DNA from: Promethearchaeota archaeon | Lineage (GTDB): Archaea > Asgardarchaeota > Lokiarchaeia > Sigyniarchaeales > Promethearchaeaceae | NCBI GenBank assembly: GCA_016933055.1 | Contig: JAFGBS010000019.1 | Location: forward strand, 30,001-62,000 | DNA length: 32,000 nucleotides | Direction of reading: 5' to 3' | In this document: piece by piece, positions 1-8,957 of the stretch | Numbering within the stretch: position 1 is the first letter of the stretch | How the letters are laid out: each line of letters begins with the position of its first letter | The notes under the pieces: model-generated | What the model was told of the DNA's origin: nothing | Database searches by the model: none | Seen by the model: only the letters and a program-made list of their open reading frames with translations | Translations under genes and position numbers: made by a program

Positions 1-1
1 A

Positions 2-436
2 GGAGATAAAAACAAATACGATTATAATGTGGATTTGGAATTTAAATTCCCATTAGGTCGTCGTAAAGTAACTCTCGCAGGTTTAGTAACCTATAATAAT
101 CGTAGAATAGCACTTGAAGTACCTGCTGTAAAAGATTTTGATCGATCAGGGGGAGTTGCTGCATTTTATGCTGCTCAACGCATTCAAAACGCAATTATGC
201 AAAACCAAATTGATGAAGCCATACTTATCGTTCCCGAAAACACCAAGGGTCAAAAATATCAATCGATTTTAAGTCAATATTCTCAAATTAACATAATCGA
301 GCTAGATAATGAAGACGGTGAAACATTATTACGAGGAGCTGGAGCAGGAAAACCTTCAGTAGAGGGTTATGAAATTGCACAAATAATATTTCCAGAATTA
401 CCAGATTACACACCTGAAGAAGAATCGGCTGAGTAA
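2..436 (+). CDS. C-terminal part of an uncharacterised protein, 5'-truncated by the window edge; alpha/beta domain, possibly a degenerate restriction-endonuclease-like fold
   Basis: The frame is open from base 2 (GDKNKYDYNVDLEF...), so the GTG at 29 is probably internal. Alternating beta/alpha pattern and an acidic tail. No family recognised. Confidence 0.6.
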   Translation, partial: GDKNKYDYNVDLEFKFPLGRRKVTLAGLVTYNNRRIALEVPAVKDFDRSGGVAAFYAAQRIQNAIMQNQIDEAILIVPENTKGQKYQSILSQYSQINIIELDNEDGETLLRGAGAGKPSVEGYEIAQIIFPELPDYTPEEESAE

Positions 437-444
437 TTGTTATT

Positions 445-1134
445 TTATTTCCTTTTTTCTTTTGTAAAAATTCGACGAATTAGTTTTGCTAGTCCTGTTT
501 CTTCATCGTAGGAAATGAGGTTCGCCTTCCGTAAGTCAAACACTGCACGCAGTACCATTGCCCCTGATATGCCTGTCGCTCCTTTAATTTCATCTTTACT
601 CATTTCTTCCTTATCTCCATGTAATAAATCTAAAATTCGGTAATGAGGTGTTGCGTCATAAATTTCACTGATAAGAACTCCATAAATCTTCAGTAAATTC
701 TTTATCTCCTCTAAATCAAACTCTTTCCGTTGAGCAGCCGTGGCGATTTCTTGAAAAGTCTTTAATTCTTCTTTTAAAATCTCATATTCTTGCAATAGTT
801 CTTTTTGTTTCGAGGTTAATTCTCCAATTTTTACTTCTTTTTCCTTGGATTCTATCTTTAAAATACGTGCTTCGGTTTTTAACTCATTTTTCTCTAATTC
901 CAAAGAATCTTTCATATTTTCTATATCTTGTTTCTCAGAACTTAGTCGATTTATTTCTTCTGACAGTCGGATTTTTTCCTCTTCTAATTCATTTTTTTTT
1001 TGTTCCAATTTTTCAAGATTAGTTTTTGTTTCAACTAATATTTGTGAAATTTCAGTGAAAACATTGCTTAATTTTTCTTCTGTAATACCCATGTAGGTGA
1101 TAGCTCGTTCTATCTTGTCAATTTCGTTTTTCAT
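445..1134 (-). CDS. Long coiled-coil protein with a C-terminal winged helix-turn-helix
   Basis: E/K/L heptad-rich residues ~20-140, followed by HYRILDLLHGDKEEMSKDEIKGATGISGAMVLRAVFDLRKANLISYDEETG (wHTH pattern). GGAG lies upstream of the ATG. Confidence 0.75.
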   Translation of the reverse strand: MKNEIDKIERAITYMGITEEKLSNVFTEISQILVETKTNLEKLEQKKNELEEEKIRLSEEINRLSSEKQDIENMKDSLELEKNELKTEARILKIESKEKEVKIGELTSKQKELLQEYEILKEELKTFQEIATAAQRKEFDLEEIKNLLKIYGVLISEIYDATPHYRILDLLHGDKEEMSKDEIKGATGISGAMVLRAVFDLRKANLISYDEETGLAKLIRRIFTKEKRK

Positions 1135-1315
1135 AATGTAATATCTCCCGATTTTTTATTAATACTAACCCAAATCGAGATTATATTTGTTGTGTTTTTA
1201 TCTTGGTGATGAAATACTTTCATTCAGTTAGGTCCCGAAACTCAAAAGATAATACTTGGGGAAAACGTTTATAGAGCAATTTATCTAATGTATTTAGTGA
1301 TATTATCTTATTATA

Positions 1316-1373
1316 TTTGTCGGAAGCGACAGAATTAATAAAATGGCATAATTCGATGGCACGTTCCGACAAA
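1316..1373. promoter_or_regulatory. 10-bp perfect inverted repeat upstream of the HTH-ATP-cone gene; candidate operator or hairpin
   Basis: TTTGTCGGAA (1316-1325) and TTCCGACAAA (1364-1373), 38-nt spacer, next to a TTATAT TATA-like element at 1311-1316. Confidence 0.35.
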
Positions 1374-1408
1374 AGTCAAAATATCACACACAAAAATGAG
1401 GGCTTAAA

Positions 1409-3739
1409 GTGAAACCAGATCTGTATAGTAGTCTTGGTGCATTTTCGAACAAAACTCGGATGGAAATAGTACGATTATTATTCCAAATCGGCAATCCCGT
1501 TGGTTTTACAAAATTGATGGAAGGGATCGGGTGTGATCCCGCAAATTCCTCCAATCTTGCAAATCATTTAAAAAAATTAGTAGAATTGGGTTTAGTTGAA
1601 AAAGATTCCAGTACCTATGCTCTTACCAAGTTAGGACTACAACTTTATGATCAAATTGATGGTATCGAAAAAACAATAGAAGAACATAACAAGGATATAC
1701 TAGTACGTACTTCCGATTTCTGTTTTGAGTCTTTTGATGAGAGAAAAATCACTGAAAATCTTATTAGAGAGGCTGATTTTTCGGAAGAAGAAGCCTTTTC
1801 TCTTGCAAAAATCGCAAAGCGTAAATTATTAACTGCAGAAATCACCTATCTAACAGCTCCCCTCATCCGTGAGTATATGAATGTCATTTTATTGGAGGAA
1901 GGAAAAGAAGAGGCACGACATAAACTTACACGTTTGGGATTACCTCCGTTTGACGTAAAACAGTTACTACATCAAGGGAATTTTGAAACAAGTATAATGC
2001 TGTATAATGAACTTGGAAAACACATAATGGAACAATTCCTTCTTTTAAACCTCTTACCTCAAAGATTTGCTGATTTTTACCTATCTGGCAAGCTATTTTT
2101 TCTTCATCCTGAAAGTTGGGGATTGATTCCCCTCGAAGTAGTTATTCCAGGAGAAAAGTTTACAAAAATTATAATAGAGATGTGTGAAGAATATGATCCA
2201 GATGATCCAGAGGAACAGCCCTCATTAAACCAGTTCCTTCCCCTAGTGATTAATAACTTTTTTGAATATCTTCGTAATTTCTTTAGCGGTGGTGCGGTAA
2301 TTACAGAATTTGAATACGTTCTACGGGAACTTCATTTCCACTTCAAAAAGTCACAGGCAGCAATTCTAGATTTATTATTTGAGATGATTCCTTCGCTTAA
2401 AATCCAATACTCCCATGATAAACGTACAAATCATAGCAAGATTTGGGAGCTTTGGATTGAAATTGATCTTAACAATTTAGACACATACAGTGATGAAATT
2501 GAATGCATTATAAATAAATATCATGAAGATATTCGAAAATGTTCACCAGATTTTTCAAGTGGATTAATATACAAACCCAATCTTATAATGAATTTCTCAC
2601 CCCAATGTAAAACTATTATTCTGGACGCAAAACAGTTCACTGATCTACCCGAAATTTACCAAAAAATATTGGAAATTTCGCAGTCTCATAATATAACGAT
2701 TATATCCCCACCTGCGCTTAAAAGTCAAAAATTTAAAAAAATGATAATCACTCCCCACTTGAATCCAATATATATCGATAACACTTCCGAATCTATACTA
2801 GTATTGGATAAAATATATGTAAACCTCCCAAAGATCATCCAAATCAGTGAAAATCCTCCAACCTCCCATAGTTCAAGAGTAGCGTGTGCATTTACGACCA
2901 AGAGTTCTTTTTCTTTAGATAAAACTAAAGAAGATATCGAGAGAGATATTAACAAATTCACTGAAACTCTAAAAGAATGGATCTGCCATGCAATCAACCT
3001 TTTTGACGAGAAAATGGCTCTTATATCGAAAAATATCGGGAAATTCAAACTGTGGAACTCCGTATCCAAAAAGGTGTTTAACAGGGATCTATTCCAAAAA
3101 CCGACGGATTTAATTGATTATGATGGACACATCCCTATATTTTGTGGGATTTGTTTAAACGGTTTAACAGAAACAGTGCAATATTTCACAGGATTTTCAG
3201 CGGATAAACACTCGGAATCATTCGCATTTTTAACCAAAATACTTTCTACAGTTTCCAATTTATTGAAAAGTAATTCACAACCGAATGGTGTTAGCTATGT
3301 ACTGAGTCAAGCCCACCTAGACAATTACCTCCATGTTAGATTTCACCAAGATTCGAGTTTAATACATTATTTGATGCAAAACAAGATATCACTGGAAAAT
3401 GATCAAGAAAATCAAAACAAAGATAAATCGGTGTATGCTCATTCAGTATTTAACAACCATACCGTTTATAATTTGAAAAAACTCGCTCATAATTTCAAAA
3501 TATATCAAAAAGATATGGATCTTGCGTATCTAAATATTGATATTACCCACCCATTAGAAACCTCGCATTTATTGGGTTCATTTAAGACTATTTTAAGGAA
3601 TCGAATCCATTCATTCGGGTTCTCACGGATTATAAATTACCAACATTCATCTTTATATCGATATGCTGGCTCTTACAAACCCCTTTCCTATTATCATTCC
3701 CCCATTCAAGAACTAATCCGACAAAAACCTACAAAGTGA
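1409..3739 (+). CDS. ArsR-like wHTH + ATP-cone + degenerate class III (NrdD-like) ribonucleotide reductase domain; probable pseudoenzyme or regulator
   Basis: N-terminal HTH (SNKTRMEIVRLL...LANHLKKLVELGLVEK). ATP-cone (VRTS...FDERKI...YLTAPLIREYMN). NrdD-like segments RHKLTRLGLP, VNLPKI, GICLNGLTETV and C-terminal RYAGSY. GTG start with GAGGG upstream. Confidence 0.75.
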   Translation: MKPDLYSSLGAFSNKTRMEIVRLLFQIGNPVGFTKLMEGIGCDPANSSNLANHLKKLVELGLVEKDSSTYALTKLGLQLYDQIDGIEKTIEEHNKDILVRTSDFCFESFDERKITENLIREADFSEEEAFSLAKIAKRKLLTAEITYLTAPLIREYMNVILLEEGKEEARHKLTRLGLPPFDVKQLLHQGNFETSIMLYNELGKHIMEQFLLLNLLPQRFADFYLSGKLFFLHPESWGLIPLEVVIPGEKFTKIIIEMCEEYDPDDPEEQPSLNQFLPLVINNFFEYLRNFFSGGAVITEFEYVLRELHFHFKKSQAAILDLLFEMIPSLKIQYSHDKRTNHSKIWELWIEIDLNNLDTYSDEIECIINKYHEDIRKCSPDFSSGLIYKPNLIMNFSPQCKTIILDAKQFTDLPEIYQKILEISQSHNITIISPPALKSQKFKKMIITPHLNPIYIDNTSESILVLDKIYVNLPKIIQISENPPTSHSSRVACAFTTKSSFSLDKTKEDIERDINKFTETLKEWICHAINLFDEKMALISKNIGKFKLWNSVSKKVFNRDLFQKPTDLIDYDGHIPIFCGICLNGLTETVQYFTGFSADKHSESFAFLTKILSTVSNLLKSNSQPNGVSYVLSQAHLDNYLHVRFHQDSSLIHYLMQNKISLENDQENQNKDKSVYAHSVFNNHTVYNLKKLAHNFKIYQKDMDLAYLNIDITHPLETSHLLGSFKTILRNRIHSFGFSRIINYQHSSLYRYAGSYKPLSYYHSPIQELIRQKPTK

Positions 3740-3744
3740 GTTAT

Positions 3745-4917
3745 TTACCCCTTTTTGATTCCCTTTATAATCCTAGTAAATACATCCCAAGATGTTTGGG
3801 TGATTTGGGAAAGATTCATTGCTGAATGCAATTTGAACTGTATACTCGGTATGTGATATCGTTCCATAAGCTTGTAACACAAAGTATTTCTGAAATAAGG
3901 TTGATTGAGCTGGATTTCTTCTTTCATGCCATTACAATACCTGATCAAGAGCTTTACAATCTTCTGGTAGAGGTTGCGAGCCTTTTTATTACTTAATAAA
4001 TCTACAGGATAAATGTAAGGACGTATAGTTTTATTATCTTGGAAAAAGGAATGCATTTCTAAGTATAAATTAGGTTTGTTTTTCTCTAAGTATTTCCAAA
4101 TATGCTGATTTTCTTCTGGCATATCATCAGTATTCTCAAACCACGCAAAAAAGGGATTCTCACCTTTAGAGTTGACCATATTGGTTCCCAATATCATACC
4201 ATCTGGATTTTGAAAAAATATACATTCTAGAGAAAAATGAGATAAAAAATCATCCCAAAATTCTGCACCTTTGTTTAAGAACTCTTGTAAAATTGTTAAC
4301 GTAGCAAAATCTCCACATTCATTTGGTTGTGGAGAACCTGCAATGAGAATCTTGCAACAGTTGTCTTGAGTTTCACTATCGGATTTTATCTTAAGAGAAT
4401 ATATGGAATTACGCATCGGAGATAGTCCTATTTGTGTCAATTTTAAGAAAGTGGGATATAGTTCAGCCAAACGCTCAATTTCATCGAGTAATTGTGAATA
4501 TGGAAAAGCTAACATATTAGAAATTATGAGTTTCTGATAAGATTGGAGTAAGAGATTGATAGACATGCTTTGAGGTGTTGCTCGAATGGTATCACGGGGA
4601 AGTTTCTCCGGTAAGATTTGCTTATTAGGAGAGAATGTCCATAGAGAAGGATTGAGACTAAATTGCCATCCTTTCCATACATCATCATAATCCGCAATTG
4701 CTGTAACAGTAACATGTTGGGGATCCTTTTGTAGATTCTCAATTTGGAATTTAAAATAATAAGCTTGATTAGAATAATTCTCTCCAGGATCCCTTTTCGG
4801 TTCGAAACTGTAGATATCCCCCGGATATTTTCTAAAATTTATTGCATTACCCCCTTCAATTTCCGAGGTAAGCAAGAATTTTCTATCTTTAAATTGACGT
4901 ATTGGTTCCATATGCAT
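3745..4917 (-). CDS. M14 zinc carboxypeptidase-family protein, cytosolic carboxypeptidase (CCP/Nna1)-like, with degenerate active site
   Basis: N-terminal EGGN beta-domain, FPYS, QPNE at the HxxE position, NPDG and LEMH. Alternative start at 4911. Confidence 0.7.
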   Translation of the reverse strand: MHMEPIRQFKDRKFLLTSEIEGGNAINFRKYPGDIYSFEPKRDPGENYSNQAYYFKFQIENLQKDPQHVTVTAIADYDDVWKGWQFSLNPSLWTFSPNKQILPEKLPRDTIRATPQSMSINLLLQSYQKLIISNMLAFPYSQLLDEIERLAELYPTFLKLTQIGLSPMRNSIYSLKIKSDSETQDNCCKILIAGSPQPNECGDFATLTILQEFLNKGAEFWDDFLSHFSLECIFFQNPDGMILGTNMVNSKGENPFFAWFENTDDMPEENQHIWKYLEKNKPNLYLEMHSFFQDNKTIRPYIYPVDLLSNKKARNLYQKIVKLLIRYCNGMKEEIQLNQPYFRNTLCYKLMERYHIPSIQFKLHSAMNLSQITQTSWDVFTRIIKGIKKG

Positions 4918-4968
4918 TATGAATTCTAGATATAAAGTTATTAAAGTTCTCTATAGTATAATGGTATT

Positions 4969-6690
4969 ATGCAAGATCAAAAAAACGATGCTGCAATGAG
5001 GCGTATAGCTTATTTTTCCATGGAAATTGGAGCCCATAGTGATATTCCTACTTATTCTGGGGGATTGGGAGTACTAGCGGGTGATACTATACGCAGTGCT
5101 GCTGATTTAGAGATTCCAATGGTAGCTGTAACCCTATGCTATGATAAAGGTTATTTCTTCCAAATTATTAACGGAGATGGATATCAAGTCGAACACGAGA
5201 TCCGTTGGGATTTTTCTGACACGTTCGATCTACTTCCTAAAATCATTGATTTAGAAATTCAAGGAAAAAAAGTCAAATTAGGTGCATGGAAATACGAAGT
5301 AAAGGGGGAGCACGGTTGGACTATTCCAGTGTATTTATTAGATACGGATGTAGAGGGTAATGAACAATGGCAACGAAATTTCACTCACGTTTTATATGAT
5401 TCTACACCATTTCAGCGTATCGTTCAAGAAGTGATTTTAGGTATTGGGGGTGCTAAATTATTAGAGGAGTTGGGTTATAAAAATATTTCAACGTATCATA
5501 TGAATGAGGGACATGCAGCATTTCTTACATTATATTTATTTAATAAATTCAAAGGGGATTTGAAACGTGTAAAAGAAAAATGCGTTTTTACAACTCATAC
5601 TCCTGTACCAGCGGGTCATGATCAATTCGATTATAATTTAGTAAAAGATGTTCTACGGGGTCAAACACCCGATGAAATCAGAAAATATGCCGGACAAAAT
5701 GATCTCAACATGACAAAGTTAGCGCTTTCTATGTCTCGTTATATTAATGGAGTATCTAAAAAACATGGAGAAGTTAGCCGAAATATGTTCCCGGGAACTA
5801 AAATTGATTATATTACAAATGGTGTCCATTCAAGATTTTGGACAAATCCCCACCTCACCAAAGTATTGGATTCTTTTGAAACGGACGAAATACATTGGGC
5901 TGATTCCTGGTTTGATAAAATATGGAAACTTGATGCTGATGACTTATGGCGTGCTCATACCAAAGCTAAATACGATTTATTGGATTACGAAAAATCCAAT
6001 CACTATGTACTATTCGATCGTGAAATTCTAACTATAGGTTTCGCGAGAAGATTCACGGGATACAAACGTGCAACCTTAATTTTCAATGATCTTGAGAAAC
6101 TGGCAAAGATCGCTGAGAAGAAAATTCAGTTTTTGTTTGCCGGGAAAGCCCATCCTCGAGATGATTATGGAAAATCTCTCATTAAAATGATTGATGATTA
6201 CTCGGAAGTATTATGGAATAATTATCGAATTAAAGTCGCTTTTCTTGAAAATTATGATATGGATCTTGCAAAAATAATGATTAGCGGTTGTGATGTGTGG
6301 CTAAACAATCCTATCCGGTATCGAGAAGCAAGCGGAACATCGGGAATGAAAGCAGCACATAATGGATTATTGAATTTAAGCGTTCTTGATGGATGGTGGA
6401 TAGAAGGATATAAAATGGACCCCCTTGCGGGATGGGCTATTGGACCAGCGCCTGGAGAACCCGGGTGTGAGGAAAACAACGATAGAGTAGAAGCTCAAAA
6501 TATTTACACCTTACTGGAAAAAGAGGTAATTCCATTGTATTATAAAAATCGTTCTGAATGGATTAATCGTATGAGACACGCAATCGCCTTAGGATCTTAT
6601 TTCAATACTCATCGAATGATCCGTGAATATGCAGATAAAGCATATAACTTGATAGAACAACCTCGATGGACTACTAGCGAGTTATTATGA
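4969..6690 (+). CDS. glgP: Alpha-glucan (glycogen/maltodextrin) phosphorylase
   Basis: AYFSMEIG, YSGGLGVLAGD, HMNEGH, FTTHTPVPAGHD, GFARRFTGYKR, and the PLP-lysine motif EASGTSGMKAAHNG. Confidence 0.97.
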   Translation: MQDQKNDAAMRRIAYFSMEIGAHSDIPTYSGGLGVLAGDTIRSAADLEIPMVAVTLCYDKGYFFQIINGDGYQVEHEIRWDFSDTFDLLPKIIDLEIQGKKVKLGAWKYEVKGEHGWTIPVYLLDTDVEGNEQWQRNFTHVLYDSTPFQRIVQEVILGIGGAKLLEELGYKNISTYHMNEGHAAFLTLYLFNKFKGDLKRVKEKCVFTTHTPVPAGHDQFDYNLVKDVLRGQTPDEIRKYAGQNDLNMTKLALSMSRYINGVSKKHGEVSRNMFPGTKIDYITNGVHSRFWTNPHLTKVLDSFETDEIHWADSWFDKIWKLDADDLWRAHTKAKYDLLDYEKSNHYVLFDREILTIGFARRFTGYKRATLIFNDLEKLAKIAEKKIQFLFAGKAHPRDDYGKSLIKMIDDYSEVLWNNYRIKVAFLENYDMDLAKIMISGCDVWLNNPIRYREASGTSGMKAAHNGLLNLSVLDGWWIEGYKMDPLAGWAIGPAPGEPGCEENNDRVEAQNIYTLLEKEVIPLYYKNRSEWINRMRHAIALGSYFNTHRMIREYADKAYNLIEQPRWTTSELL

Positions 6691-6744
6691 ACTTTTCACT
6701 CCATTTGATCAATTATATAAACTTAAAACGCATCACCATAAAAC

Positions 6745-7467
6745 ATGGCAGATCCGGAACTCATCTCAACTATCTTTGAAGGTAGTTTGATTTTTCTCAT
6801 CGGAGTGTTTTTACTATTTATATTAATAAAATATCGGAAAGGAAAAAGTAAACTGAAATTACTGGTATTTTGGATTTTCTTTTTCATTTTACTAGCATTT
6901 CTTTTAGTATTCATATCTCGATTAACATATTATAGATTAGATGTGGAAAATTATCCAAATTTATTAGCACGATGGTTTTTATTAAGGATTGGATGGTATC
7001 GTTTCTCATTTGCTTTAATTATAGTTTCCACCTATTTTTCCTTTCTTCTCAAAGAAGCAATTTTCGACTCTAAACGTAACCGAGGAATGCATGTATTTAT
7101 AGTATTGCTTGGTATTGGTGGGATCATATTTTCTATTGCCAGCCCTTCGACCGCAGCGTTATCGGATACATCTTACCATCTAGGCATCTTTTTGACAGTA
7201 TTCTTGTATGTCTTTATAGTGTACATAGAATTCATAATCAAATCGACTAAGCTTTACAGACATATAGAAAAAACGGATAAAACCTACCGAAATGCGATCC
7301 TTTCATTGATAATAATGGCTTATTGTTTCATATCGACTATGTTGATGTTTGTGTTCGATCGAATATTTTTTGAAGACCCCTATTCAATATTCTACTATCT
7401 TGCTGATGTATTGATTCTAGTGGGAATTGTATTCGCTTATTTTGGATATGTAAAGCCAAAGGCATGA
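6745..7467 (+). CDS. Uncharacterised polytopic membrane protein, about 7 TM helices
   Basis: Seven hydrophobic stretches separated by short basic or polar loops; no soluble domain. Confidence 0.8.
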   Translation: MADPELISTIFEGSLIFLIGVFLLFILIKYRKGKSKLKLLVFWIFFFILLAFLLVFISRLTYYRLDVENYPNLLARWFLLRIGWYRFSFALIIVSTYFSFLLKEAIFDSKRNRGMHVFIVLLGIGGIIFSIASPSTAALSDTSYHLGIFLTVFLYVFIVYIEFIIKSTKLYRHIEKTDKTYRNAILSLIIMAYCFISTMLMFVFDRIFFEDPYSIFYYLADVLILVGIVFAYFGYVKPKA

Positions 7468-7501
7468 AAACTAGGGAAACAAGGAAATTAAAAAATTTTT
7501 T

Positions 7502-8605
7502 TTATTTGGTTTGAGTACTTTGAACTTTCATCACAAACTCAAATAACTTCTTAGCAGCTGCATTTTTTTCAAAATGTTCCCGTATTGGAATTAAAAATTC
7601 ATTAAGAATTCGAGCAACATTGGGTTTTAAATCCATAGGAGTCAATTTTCCTGCCGCATAGTCATCTTCTAAATCTTGATATCTCGAATATGTAAAATTT
7701 CCTCCGTATTTTTCAGATCGTCTGATTTCAAACTCACTTTCTTTCTCAAATATGATATATTTCGTGTATTCTAAAATGGGATTTCCATCAATTTCTTCAG
7801 GTGGGCACCAAGCTTTTTTTATTTTTGCCTCGATTTCTTCTTTTGTGTCTAACATAAACACAGCCGAATTCGGATTAGATTTTGACATTTTCCGTTCGAT
7901 TGCACGTTCTATAGCATCCAATTCCGAATCTGGGGGCGGCTGAATTAAACCTGCTAACATATGATGATGGACAGCAATGGGTTTAGGTCGATTGAAATGT
8001 TTAGCGATCTCCCGTGCAAGCATATTTACTTTTCTTTGATCCATACCCAGTTGACAAATATCTACATCCATGTAAAATATGTCCGCACATTGCATCATTG
8101 GATACAGAACTTGGGAAGTTAATAATTCATCCGTATCTTTTCTGCCCATAATTTGAGTGCATCTCAAAGTACGGTTTAGGGTCGTTTTCATACTGATATT
8201 TAGGACGGTCTCCCAGTATTTCGATTTCTTCACTAAATCGGAAGCCCAGATAAATTCCACATTCGACAAATCCATACCACATGCTTTCCATACTTCGACA
8301 AAATATTTTCCCACCTTTTTTATCGTCTGAAGATTTCCATCAAACTTCTTGTTTGCTGCCGCATGCCAGTCAGCTACTAGGAATTTGAATTTAATACCCG
8401 CTTGTATCAATTTATTGACATTTATAGCTCTTAGAAGTCCTTGTGCAATATGTATTCTACCACTGGGTTCAAATCCATCATACGCGTAAATTGGTTCCCC
8501 CGACTTGAGCTTAACTTCAAGCATTTCTCGGAGTTCTTTTTCATTTATTAATTCTTCCGCTACTTCCCTGATCAAGTGTACACGTTCATCAATAGATAAT
8601 CCCAT
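7502..8605 (-). CDS. tyrS: Tyrosine--tRNA ligase (archaeal/eukaryotic type)
   Basis: YDGFEPSGRIHIAQG (HIGH-like), YPMMQCADIF, QLGMDQRKVNMLARE, KMSKS. ATG at 8605 preferred over the TTG at 8614. Confidence 0.97.
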   Translation of the reverse strand: MGLSIDERVHLIREVAEELINEKELREMLEVKLKSGEPIYAYDGFEPSGRIHIAQGLLRAINVNKLIQAGIKFKFLVADWHAAANKKFDGNLQTIKKVGKYFVEVWKACGMDLSNVEFIWASDLVKKSKYWETVLNISMKTTLNRTLRCTQIMGRKDTDELLTSQVLYPMMQCADIFYMDVDICQLGMDQRKVNMLAREIAKHFNRPKPIAVHHHMLAGLIQPPPDSELDAIERAIERKMSKSNPNSAVFMLDTKEEIEAKIKKAWCPPEEIDGNPILEYTKYIIFEKESEFEIRRSEKYGGNFTYSRYQDLEDDYAAGKLTPMDLKPNVARILNEFLIPIREHFEKNAAAKKLFEFVMKVQSTQTK

Positions 8606-8671
8606 ATTTTCCAAAATATACCAAAGTACTAAAACACTACCACTTTTGAGGAAAAAAGAAAAATTAATGTA

Positions 8672-8827
8672 TTACAATTTGTTCGAGAGATTTTTCAAAA
8701 CATCCGATATATCTTTTAATTTCTCTTTACACATCTTTAGTTGATTAAATGGATTATTTTTACTATCTTCTGCAGAACTATTCGAAGTTCTCTCCTCCTC
8801 ATTTACATATCTTCTGAATCGATTCAT
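8672..8827 (-). CDS. Possible small (51 aa) protein with a C-terminal amphipathic or coiled-coil helix
   Basis: MNRFRRYVNEEERTS...LKMCKEKLKDISDVLKNLSNKL. GGTG lies ~11 nt upstream of the ATG. It fills the gap between two co-oriented genes. Confidence 0.4.
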   Translation of the reverse strand: MNRFRRYVNEEERTSNSSAEDSKNNPFNQLKMCKEKLKDISDVLKNLSNKL

Positions 8828-8957
8828 CCATGCGACACCATGTGTTATTTGTGTAAATAAAATATTGATCAAATAGTTACTGATCTATAGTACGATTTCA
8901 TATAAAAAAATCTATGCCTACGTATGTGATCCCTACTGAGCATATTTAAGTGCAATA

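Noticed and set aside
992-1001. T10 homopolymer in the coiled-coil gene as a phase-variation site
   Set aside because: The frame is intact (QKKN codons), and such runs are expected in AT-rich, Lys-rich coding DNA.
1409-3739. Calling the 776-aa protein a functional nrdD
   Set aside because: Catalytic cysteines and the zinc site are not visible, the glycyl motif is altered, and no activase is nearby.
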